NCBI RefSeq assembly: GCF_009914755.1
Contig: NC_060940.1
Direction: 5' to 3' (one strand)
Source: the human T2T-CHM13v2.0 reference genome, Homo sapiens
DNA length: 64,000 nt
Position 1 is the stretch's first letter; each line of letters opens with the position of its first letter. Of this stretch, positions 1-12,613 are shown one piece after another. Under the pieces are notes generated by a model that saw only the letters and a list, made by a program, of their open reading frames with translations, did no database searches and was not told the origin of the DNA. Position numbers and translations under genes: made by a program.

Positions 1-3000
1 CGATGATTCCATTATATTCCATTCAACGATGATTCCATTCGAGTCCATTCGATGATTCCATTAGAGTACATTTAATGATTGCTTTGTTTTCAATTCGAAG
101 ATGATTACATTGGATTCCATTCTATGATTCCATTCGATTGCATTCATTGATGATTCCACCCAATTCCATTCGATGATGATTCCATTCGATTTCAATGATT
201 CTACTCGATTCCATTCAATGATGATTCAATTCTATTCCGTTTGATGATTCCATTAGATTCCATTCTATGATGATTCCATTCGAGTCCATTCGAAGATTTC
301 ATTCGATTACATTCCATGACGATTCCATTCGAGTCCATTCGATGATTCCATTTGAATCCATTCGACGATGATTCCATTTGATGCTATTCGATGATTCCAT
401 TGGATTCCATTCGATGATGATTCCATTCGACTTGATTTGATGTTTCTATTTGAGTCCATTCGGTTATTTTATTAGACTACATTCGATGATGATTCCATTC
501 GATGCCATTCAATGATTCCATTTGATTCCACTCAATGATGATTGCATTCGTGTCCATTCGATGATTCCATTTGGTTCCATTTGATGATGATTCCATTCGA
601 GTCCATTCGATGATACCATTCAATTCCATTCGATGATCATTCCATTCGAATCCATTTGATGATTCCACTCAATTCCATTTGATGACTCCTTTCATTCCCA
701 TTCGATGATTCCCTTCAGTTCCAATTGGATGATCTTTCCATTTGATTCAATATGGTGACTCCATTCTATTATATTCAATGATGATTCCATTCGACTCCAT
801 TAGATGATGACTCCATTCCATTCCATTCGATTGTGATTTCATTCGATTCCATTCGAAGATGATTCCATTCGAGTCCATTTGATGATTCCATTCGATTCCA
901 TTCAATGATGATTCCACTCAAATCCATTGGATGATTCCATTCGTTTCCAATTGGTGATTTCATTAGATTCCATTCGAGGATGATTCTATTCGAGTCCATT
1001 CAATGATTCCATTGGATTCCGTTTGATAATGATTCCATTAGAGTTCATTCGATGATTCCCTTCGAGTCCATTCGATTATTTCTTTTGATTCCATTTGATG
1101 ATGATTCCATTCGATTCCATTCAATGATTCCATTCCATTCCATTCGATGATGATTCCATTCGATAATGATTACATTCGAGCCCATGTGATGATTCCATTA
1201 GATTCTATTCAATGATGATTCCATTCGACCACATTCGATGATGGCATTCGAGTCCATTCGATGATTTCACTCGATTCCACTTGATGATGATTCCTTTTGA
1301 GTCCATTTGATGATTACATTCGAGTCCATGAGATGACTCCATTCGATTCCATTTCATGATGATGCAATTCGAGGCTATTCGATCATCCCATTTTAGTGCA
1401 TTCGGTGATTCTCTTTTATTACATTCGATGAGGGCTCCATTCGAGTCCATTCAATGATTCCATTAGATTCCACTCGATGATGATTCCATTTGAGTCCATT
1501 CAAAGATTCCTTTCGAGTCCATTCGATAATTCTATTGGATTCCACTAGGTGATGATTCCTTTCGAGTCAATTCGATGATTCCTTTCAAGTGCCTTCAATG
1601 ATTCCATTCGATTCCATTCGATGACGATTCATTTCAAGTCCATTCAATGGTTCCATTCTGTTGAATTTGATGGTTCCATTTGATTCCATTCGATGATGAT
1701 TCCATTCGTGTCCATTGGATGATTCCATTCGATTCCTTTCGAGGAAGATTCCATTCGACTCCATTCGATGATTCCGTTCGATTCCATTCCATGATGATTC
1801 CATTTGATTCCATTCCATGATTCCATTCGATACCATTCGATGATGATTCCATTCGACTCCATTTGATGAATCCATTCAATGCTTCCATTCGAGTCCATTC
1901 GATGATTCCATTCGATTCCATTCCATGAAGATTCCATTCGAGTACATTTGATGATTCCATTTAATTCCATAGGATGATGATTCTATTAGGGTCCGTTGAC
2001 TATTCCATTCAATTCCATTCGAAGATTCCATTCGAGTCCACTCGATGATTCTATTTGATTCCATTTGATAATTCCATTCGATTCCATTTGATGTTGATTC
2101 CATTCGAGTCCATTCGATCATTATTACATTTGATTCTATTCGATGATTCCATTCGATTCCATTTGATGAGGATTCCATTCGAGACCATTTGATGATTCCA
2201 TTCAATTCCATTGGATGATTCCAATATTTTCCATTAGATGATGATTCCATTCGATTCCATTCAATGATGATTCCATCAGAATCCATTCGATGATGACTCC
2301 TTTTGCTTCCATTCAATGATCATTACATTCGGTTCCATTCGATGATGATTCCTTTGGATTCCATTCGATGATGCTTCCATTCGATTCCATTTGATGATGA
2401 TTCTTTTCGATTCCATTTGATGATGATTCCATTTGATTCCATTCGATGGTGATTCCATTTGATGATTCCACTCGATTCTATTTGATGATGACTGCATTCG
2501 ATTCCATTTGATGATTCCATTTGATTCCATTCGATGATGATTCTGATCAATTGCATTCGATGATCCATTCGATTCCATTTGATGGTTCCATTTGATTCCA
2601 TTTGATAATGATTCCTTTCGAGTCCATTTGATGATTCCATTTGCGGATATTCGATAATTCCATTTGAGTCCAACCGATGATTCCATTCGAGGCCATTCAA
2701 TCATTCTTTTTGAGTCCTTTTGATAAAGTTTCCATTTTAGTCCATTCAATAATTCCACTGGAGTCCATTCGATGATTGCTTTTAATTCCATTCGATGATA
2801 TTCCATTCGAGTCCATTCGATGATTCCATTCGTTGCTATTAGATGATGATTCCATTCATGACCATTTGGTGATTCCATTCGATTTCATTCGTTGATGATT
2901 CCATTCGAGTCCATTCCATGATTCCATTCAAGTCCATTTGATGATTTCTTTGAATTCAATTCGATGATGATTCCATTCGAGTCCATTCGATGATTCCATT

Positions 3001-3539
3001 CAGTTCCATTCGATGATGATTCCTTTCGAGACCATATGATGATTCCATTTGATTTCATTTGATGATGATTCCATTCGATTCCATTCGATGATTCCATTCT
3101 ATTCCATTCGATGATGATTCCATTCGAGTCCATTTAATGATTCCATTGGGTTCAATTCAATGATGATTACATTGGATTCTCTTCTATGATACCATTCAAT
3201 TCCGTTCATTGACAATTTGATTCCATTCGATGATGATTCCATTTGAGTTCATTCGATGATTCTATTCGATTCTCTTCGATGGTGATTCAATTCTATTATA
3301 TTGGATGATTCCATTCGATTCCATTTGATGTTGATTCAATTCGATTCTATTCGATGATGATTCCATTGGATTTCATTTGATGATTCTATTCGATTCCATT
3401 CAATGATGATTCACTTCTCGTCCATTGGATGATTCCATTTCATTCCATTCGATGATGATTCCATTCGATTCCATTCGATGATTCCATTTGATTCCATTCG
3501 ACGGTGAGCAATTCGATTCAATTCCATGATGATTCTATT

Positions 3540-3550
3540 TGATTCAGTTA
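3540..3550 (-). promoter_or_regulatory. Candidate DUX4-type motif TAACTGAATCA (also at 28418 and 59620; deleted in copy 2)
   Basis: The + strand TGATTCAGTTA fits the reverse complement of TAAYBBAATCA. This is a motif match only, with no binding evidence. Confidence 0.35.
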
Positions 3551-4355
3551 GATGATGTTTCCATTCGAATCCATTCCATGATTATTCCATTGGAATCCAT
3601 TCGGCGATGATTCCATATGAGTCAATTCAATGATGCTTCCATATGGGTCAGTTCGATGATAATTCCATTTGATTTCATTCGATGCTTCTATTCAATTCCA
3701 GTCGATGATGATTCCGTTGGAGTCCATACGATGACTCCATTTGATTTCATTTGATGATGATTCCATTCGATTCCATTCGATGACTCCATTCTGTTCCATT
3801 CGATGATGATTCCATTCGAGTCCATTCGATGATTCCATTCGAGTCCATTTCATGATTCCATTGGGTTCAATTCGATGATGATTACACTGGATTCCATTCT
3901 ATGATTCCATTCAATTCCATTCGTTGATGATTCGATTCCATTCAATGATGATTCCATTTGAGTTCATTCGATGATTCTATTCGATTCCGTTCGATGGTGA
4001 TTCAATTCTATTATATTGGATGATTCCATTCGATTCCATTTGATGATGATTCCATTCGATTCCATTCGATGATGATTCCATTTGATTCCATTTGATGTTG
4101 ATTCTATTCGATTCTATTCAATGATGATTCCATTCGATTTCATTTGATGATTCTATTGGATTCCTTTCGATGATTCTATTCCATTCCATTCGATGATGAT
4201 TCAATTCTCTTCCATTGGATGATTCCATTTTATTCCATTCGACGATGACTCCATTTGATTCCATTCAATGATGATTCCATTCGATTCCATTCGGTGATTC
4301 CATTTGATTCCATTCGACGGTGAGCAATTTGATTCAATTCCATAATGATTCTATT

Positions 4356-4366
4356 TGATTCAATTA
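4356..4366 (-). promoter_or_regulatory. Candidate DUX4-type motif TAATTGAATCA (also at 16569, 29234, 38309, 46598 and 60436)
   Basis: The + strand TGATTCAATTA fits the reverse complement of TAAYBBAATCA. DUX4 is known to bind and induce transcription of HSATII. This is a motif match only. Confidence 0.4.
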
Positions 4367-4394
4367 GATGATGTTTCCATTCGAATCCATTCGG

Positions 4395-6053
4395 TGATGA
4401 TTCCATTGGTATCCATTCGACGATGATTCCATATGAGTCAATTCGATGATGATTCCATACGAGTCCGTTGGATGATAATTCCATTTGATTTCATTCAATC
4501 CTTCTATTCGATTCCATTTGATGATGATTCCATCTGAATCCATTCTCCGATTCCATTCGATTTCATTCGATGCTTCTATTTGATTTCATTCGAAGATGAT
4601 TCCTTTCAATTCCGTTCATTAATTCCATTTGATTCCATTCGATGATGATTCCATCCGATTCCATTGGATGATGATTCCATTCGAGTCCATTCGATGATTC
4701 CGTTCTAATCCATTCTATGATTCCATTCGAGTCCATTCGATGATTCCATTCGATTCCATTCAGTGATGATTCCATTTGATTCCATTCGATGATGATTCCA
4801 TTGGAGTCCATTGAATGATTCAATTCAATTCCATTCCATGTGGATTCCATTCGAATTCATTCGATTATTCCATTCAAATCCCTTCGTTGATTCCATCTGA
4901 TTCCACTTGACGATGATTCCATTCAAGTCCAATCGATGATTCCATTCGGTTCCATTCAATGATTCCATTCGAGTCCATTTATGTATTATATTCGTGTCCA
5001 CTTGATGACTCCATTCAATTCCATTTAATGATGATTCCATTTGATTCCATTTGATGATTCAGTTCGATTCCTTACAATGATTCCCTACGATTCCTTTCTA
5101 TGATGATTCCATTCGATTCCATTCATTGATGATTCCATTCGACTCCATTCAATGATGATTCCTTTCGATTCCATTTGACGATGTTTCCATTTGAGTCCAT
5201 TCGATGATGATTCCATTGGTATCCATTCGACGATGATTCCATATGAGTCAATTCGATGATGATTCCATACGAGTCCGTTGGATGATAATTCCATTTGATT
5301 TCATTCAATCCTTCTATTCGATTCCATTTGATGATGATTCCATCTGAATCCATTCTCCGATTCCATTCGATTTCATTCGATGCTTCTATTTGATTTCATT
5401 CGAAGATGATTCCTTTCAATTCCTTTCATTAATTCCATTTGATTCCATTCGATGATGATTCCATCCGATTCCATTGGATGATGATTCCATTCGAGTCCAT
5501 TCGATGATTCCGTTCTAATCCATTCTATGATTCCATTCGAGTCCATTCGATGATTCCATTCGATTCCATTCAGTGATGATTCCATTTGATTCCATCGGAT
5601 GATGATTTCATTTGATTCCATTCGATGATGATTCCATTGGAGTCCATTGAATGATTCAATTCAATTCCATTCCATGTGGATTCCATTCGAATTCATTCGA
5701 TTATTCCATTCAAATCCCTTCGTTGATTCCATCTGATTCCACTTGACGATGATTCCATTCAAGTCCAATCGATGATTCCATTCGGTTCCATTCAATGATT
5801 CCATTCGAGTCCATTTATGTATTATATTCGTGTCCACTTGATGACTCACTCCATTCAATTCCATTTAATGATGATTCCATTTGATTCCATTTGATGATTC
5901 AGTTCGATTCCTTACAATGATTCCCTACGATTCCTTTCTATGATGATTCCATTCGATTCCATTCATTGATGATTCCATTCGACTCCATTCGATGATGATT
6001 CCTTTCGATTCCATTTGACGATGTTTCCATTTGAGTCCATTCGATGATGATTC
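4395..6053 (+). repeat. Internal ~0.84-kb tandem duplication within the higher-order unit (copy 1)
   Basis: TTCCATTGGTATCCATTCGACGATG occurs at 4401 and 5211, and TTGATTCCATTTGATGATTCAGTTCGATTCCTTACAATG at 5041 and 5881. ORF pairs are 4563/5373 and 4825/5661. Confidence 0.9.
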
Positions 6054-9000
6054 AATTCAGTTCTGTTCTATTATGAATCCATTCGATTTCATTCAATGCT
6101 TCTATTTGATTCCATTCGACGATGATTCCATCTCTTTCCCTTCGATGTTTCCATTTGATTCCATTCAGTGATGATTCCATTTGATTCCATCTGATGATGA
6201 TTTCACTTGATTCATTTCAATGATGATTCCATTCAAGTCCATTCGATGATTCCATTGGAGTCCAAACGATCATTCCATTCGATTCCATTCAATGATGATT
6301 CCATTCATGTCCATTCAATGAATCCTTTCAATTCCATTCGATGATGACTCCATTCGAGTACATTCGATGATTCCATTTGATTCCATTTGATGATGATTAC
6401 ATTCAATTCCATTCGAAGATGATTCCATTCAATTCCACTTGATGATGATTCCGTATGAATCCATTCGCTGATTATTCCATTCGATTCCATTCATTGACGA
6501 TTCCATTCGATTCCATTCAATGATGATTCTCTTCTATTCCATTCGATGATTCCGGTCGATTCCATTCGATGATGATTCCATTAGATTCCATTCGATTGTT
6601 GCATTCGATTCCCTTCGATGATGATTCCTTTGAATTCCATTCGATTATGATTCCGTATGAATCCATTTGATGATTATTCCATTGGATTCCTTTCGATGAT
6701 GATTCCATTCGATTCCATTTGATGATGTTTCTCATGTATTCCATTTGATAATTCCTTTCAATTCCCTTCGATGATGATTCTTTCGAGTCAATTCGATGAT
6801 TCTATTCCATTCCCTTCGATGATGATTCCATTTCACTCCATTCGATGATTCCATTCGATTCAATTTGGTGATGATTCAATTCGATGACATTCGATGACTC
6901 CATTCAATTTCATTTGATGATGATTACATTCGAGTCCATTTGATGATTGTATTCCTTTCCTTTTGATGATTATTCCATTCGTGTCTATTCAAAGATTCCA
7001 TTCTATTCCATTCAATGATGATTCCAATTGATTCCATTCAATGATTATGGCTATCGATTCCACTCGTTGATTCCATTTGATTCCATTCGATGATTATTCC
7101 GTTAGATTCCATTAGGAGATTCCATTCGATTTTATTCAATGATTCCAATTGATTCCATTCAATGATGATTCCATTCGACTCCATTCAGTGATTCCATTTG
7201 AGTCCATTTGATGATTCCATTCGAGTCCATTTGATGATTCCATTCTTTTCCATTTGATGATGATTCCATTAGGGTCCATTCAATGATTCCATTCGAGTCC
7301 ATTCGTTAATGCCTTTCGAGTCCTTTTGATCACTACATTCGAGTCCATTCAATGATTCTATTCGATTCCATTCCATGATGATTCCATTCGAGTTCATTCG
7401 ATGATTGCATTCGAGTCCATTTGATGATTCCATATGATTCCATTCGACAATGATTCCATTCGTGTCCATTTGATGATTCCATTCATTTCCTATCGATGAA
7501 GATTCCATTCGAGTGTATTCGATGATTCCATTCAAATCCATTCGATGATGATTCCATTCCAGTCCATTCGATCATTCCACTTGATTCCATTTGATGACTA
7601 TTCCATTCAAATCCATTTGATGATTCCATTCGATTCCATTCGATGTTACCATTCGAGTATATACGATGATTCCACTCGATTCCATTTGATGATTATTCCA
7701 TTGGAGTCGACTTAGTGAATCCTTTAGATTCTACTCGAAGATGATTCCATTCGAGTCCATTCGATGATACCATTCAATTCCATTCGTTGATGCTTCCATT
7801 CAAGTGCATTCGATGATATCATTCGATTCCATTTGATGATAATTCCATTTGATTCCATGTGATGATTCTATTCCATTCCATTCAATGATAATTCCATTCA
7901 ATTCAGTGATTCCTCTGGACTCCATTTGATGATGATTCCATTCAATGATTCCATTCGATTCTATTCGAAAATGATTCCATTTGAATCCATTTGATGATGA
8001 TTCCATTCGATTCCATTTGATGATTCCATTCGATTCCATTCGACGATGATTCCATTCGATTCCATTTGATGATTCCATTCTATTCTATTCGATGATGATT
8101 CCATTCGATTCCATTCGATGATGATTGGATTCGATTCCATTTGATGATTTCATTTGATTCCATTCGATGATGATTTCGATCAACTCCATTCGATGATTCC
8201 ATTCGATTCCATTTGATAATGATTACATCCGAGTCCATTCGATGATTCCATTTGAGCCCGTTCGATAATTCCATTTGAGTCCAATCAATGATTCCATTCA
8301 TTTCCATTCAATGATTCCATTCGAGTCCATTTGATCATTCCGGTAGGGTCCGTTCGATGTTGATTCCATTGGAGTGCATTCGATGATTCCATTCGAGTCC
8401 ATTTTAGGATTTGATTCGAGTCCTTTCGATGATTCCATTCGATTCCACTCGATGCGATGATGATTTCATTCGAGTCCATTCGACACTTCCAATCGATTCC
8501 ATTTGATGTTTCCATTCGAGTCCAATTGATGATTCCATTCAATTCCATTCGATGATGATTCCGTACGATTCCATTCTGTGATGATTCCATGTGATTGCAT
8601 TCAATGATGATTCCTTTCGATTGCATTCGATTATGATTCATTTCGTGTTCATTCTATGGTTCCACAGGTTTCACATCGTGTCCATTCCATTATTCCATTC
8701 TATTCCATTTGATGATGATTCCATTCGATTCCATTCATTGGTGATTCCACTCAATTCCATTCAATGATTCCATTCCATTTCTTTCAACAATGATTCCATT
8801 AGTTTCTAATCGATGATCCACTTGATTCCATTTGACGGTGATTCCATTCTTGTCCATTCGATGATTCCATTTGATTCCATATGATGATGATTCCATTCGA
8901 TTCCATACGATGATGATTCCATTCGAGTCCATTCAATGGTGATTCCATTCAATTCCATTCGGTGATTCCTTTCGATTCCATTTGATGATGATGGCATTCG

Positions 9001-12000
9001 ATTCCTTTCAATCATTCCCTTTGATTCCACTCAAAGGTGATTTCATTCAAGTCCATTCGATAATTGCATTCGATTCCATTCTATGATGATTCCATTCGAG
9101 TCCATTTGATGATTCCATTCAATTCAAGTCAATGATGATTCCATTCGATTCCATTCGATGATTCCATTGGATTCCATTCGATGATGATTCCATTCAAATC
9201 CATTCGATAATTCAATTCACGTCCATTCGATGATGATTCCAATCGAATCCATTCAAAGATTCCATTCAATTCCATTCGATGATTCCCTTAGATTCCATTC
9301 GATGATTCCACTTGATTCCATTTACGATGATTCCATTCGATTCCATGTGATGATTCCATTCAATTCTATTCAATGATGCTTCCATTTGATTCCATTCGAC
9401 CATGATTGCCTTTGATTCCATTCAATGATTCCATTCGGTTCCGTTTGATGATGATTCCGTTCGATTCCATTTGATGATTCCATTTGATTCCATTGGATGA
9501 GTCCATTCGATTACATTCGATGATTATTCCATTCGAGTGCATTAGATGATTCCATTCGAGTCCATTCGATGATTCCATTCGAGTCCATTCGATGATTCCA
9601 TTCGATTCCATTCGATGTTGATTCTGTTCAAATCCATTCGATGATTCCACTCGATTCCATTCGATGACTCCATTTGATCCCATTCTATGATTTCCTTTGA
9701 TTCCCTTTGATGATCATTCCATTTGATTCAATTCGGTGATTTCATTTGATTCCATTCAGTGATGTTTCCATTCGACTCCATTCGATGATGATTCCATTCG
9801 ACTACATTCGATTATGATTTCATTCAATTCCATTCGATAAAGATTCCCTTCGAGTCCAATCGATGATTCCATTCGATTCCATTCAACGATGATTTGATTC
9901 GTGTCCATTCGATGATTCCATTTGATTCCACTTGATGAGGATTCCATTCGAGTCCATTTGATGATTCCATTCAATTCCATTCTCCGATGATTTCTTTTGA
10001 GCCCATTCAATGCTTCCACTCGATTACATATGATGATGACTCCATTCGATGAAACTCGATGATGATTCCATTCGCTTGTATTCGATGATGATTCCACTTG
10101 AGTCCGTTAGAAGATTCTATTCAATTACATTCCATGACGATTCCGTTCGAGTCCATTTGATGATTCCATTACACTCCATTCGACAATGATTCCATTCAAT
10201 GTTATTCGATGATTCCATTCGATCTTATTCGATGATGATTCCATTCAACTCCATTCGATGTTTCCATTCGAGTTCATTCTATTATTCCATTAGATTCCAT
10301 TCGATGATGATTCCATTCGATTCCATTTGATGATTGCATTCTATTTCATTTGATGATGATTCCATTCGAGTCCATTCGATGATTCCATTCGAGTCCATTT
10401 AATGAATCCATTGGTTTCAATTCTATGATGATTATATTGGATTCCATTCGTTGATGATTTCATTCGATTCCATTCAATGATGATTCCATTCAATTCCATT
10501 CAATGATTCCATTCAATTCCATACGATGATGATTCCATTTGATTTGATTCGACAGTGAGCCATTCGATTCAATTCCATGATGATTCTATTTGATTCACTT
10601 GGTTGACATTTCCATTCGGTTCCATTCGATGATGATTCCATTTGATTCCATTCAAAGATGATTCCATTCTAGCCCATTCAATCATTCCATTCGATTCTAT
10701 TCAATGATGATTCCATTCATGTCGATTTGGTGATTCCATTTGACTTCATTTGATGATGATTCCTTTCAAGTTCATTAGATGATTCCATTCGATTCCATTT
10801 GATGATGATCCCATTCGAGTCCATTCAGTGATTCCACTCGTTTCCATTCCATGATGATTCCATTCCATTCCATTCAATGATTCCATTCGATTCCGTTTGA
10901 TGATGATTTCATTCGAGTCCATTTGATGATTCCATTTGATTCCATTCGATGATGATTCCATTCGAGTCCATTCGATGATTCTATTCGAATCCATTTGATG
11001 ATTTCTTTTGATTATATTTGGTGATGATTCCATTGGAGTCCATTCAATGATTCCATTCGATTCCAATCGATGGTGGTTCCATTAGAGTCCATTTAATGAT
11101 TCCATTTGATTCCAGTCTCTGATGTTTACATTCGAGTCCATACGATGATTCCACTCAATTCCATATGATGATGATTCCATTCGATTCCATTCGATGATTC
11201 CATTCTATTCTATTCAATGGTGATTCCATTCGAGTACATTAGATGATTCCATTCGATTCCATTCAATGATGATTCTACTTGTGTCCCTTAGATGATTCCA
11301 CATGATTCCATTAGATGATGATACTATTTGAGCCCATCCAATGATTCCCTTCGATTCCATTCGATGAGGATTCCATTCGATTCAATTCATTGGTGATTCT
11401 ATTCAATTCAATTCTTTGATTCAATTCCATTCCATTCGACAATGATTCCATTCGATTTCTTTCGATGATTCCACTCAATTTCACTTGACATTGATTCCAT
11501 TCGATTCCATTCAATGATTCCATTTGATTCCAGTGGATGATGATTGCCGTCGATTCCATTCGATCACTCCATTCTGTTCCATTTGATGATGATTACATTC
11601 GATTCCATTTGATGATTCCATCTGATTCTATTCGAGGATTCCATTTGATTCCATTCGATGATGATTCCATTCGAGTCCATTCGATGGTTTCATTCGAGTA
11701 CATCCAATGATTCCATTCGAGTCCATTTGATGATTCCATTTCATTCCATTTGATTATGATTCTACTAGAGTCCATTCAATGACTCCATTCGAGTCCATTC
11801 AACAGTTCCATCCGAGTCCATTCGATGATTCCATTCGATTCCATTTGATGATTCCATTCGAGTCCATTTAATCATTACAGTCGAGTCCATTTGGTGATTC
11901 CACTGGATTTCTTTTGATAATGATACCATTCAATTACATTTGATGATGATCCCATTCAATTTCATTTGATGATGATTCCATTAGAGTCCATTCCATGATT

Positions 12001-12613
12001 TCATTCGAGTCCCTTCATTGATTCCATCCGATTTCATTTCATGATGACTCCATTCGAGTCCATTCGATGATTCCACTCGATTCCTTTAGATGATTCCATT
12101 GGAGTCCATTTGATTGTTCCATTCGATTCCATTCGATTCCTTTCGAAGATTATTCCATTTGAGTCCATTCGATGATGATTCCATTCCATTCCATTCGATG
12201 ATTCCGTTTGATTCCATTCGATGATTCCCTGCGATTCCTTTCTATGATGATTCCATTCCATTCCATTCAATGATTCCATTCGAATCTATTCCATGATGAT
12301 TCCTTTCGATTCCATTCGCTGATGTTTCCGTTCAATTCCATTCGATGATGATTCCATTCGATTCCATTCATTGAGGATTCCATTGGATTCCATTCAATGA
12401 TGATTCCATTCTATTCCATTCAATGATTGCATTCAATTCCATTCAATGATTATGCCATTAGAGTAAATTCAACGATTCCATTCAATACCATTCGATGATG
12501 ATTCCTTTTGAGTCCATTCAATGATTTCATTCAAGTCCATTTGATGATTCCTTTCAATTCCATTCCATGATGATTCCATTCGAGTCCATTCGATGATTCC
12601 ATTCGATTGCATT

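Larger units (their letters stand above)
1..12613 (+). repeat. Higher-order HSat2 unit, copy 1 (12,613 bp; phase set arbitrarily by the window start)
   Basis: The opening CGATGATTCCATTATATTCCATTCAACGAT recurs at 12614. Identical ORF translations recur at +12613 (477->13090, 1876->14489). Confidence 0.93.

Noticed and set aside
8640-8700. The atypical tract GGTTCCACAGGTTTCACATCGTG as a foreign insertion
   Set aside because: Comparison with ~39670-39715 shows it is a mutated, 16-bp-shorter satellite monomer rather than inserted DNA.
1-12613. The 12.6-kb unit as a simple dimer of a ~6.3-kb unit
   Set aside because: One landmark pair is ~6.3 kb apart (5921/12224), but others give inconsistent spacings (about 5.3 kb, 5.6 kb and others), so a collinear dimer is not supported.
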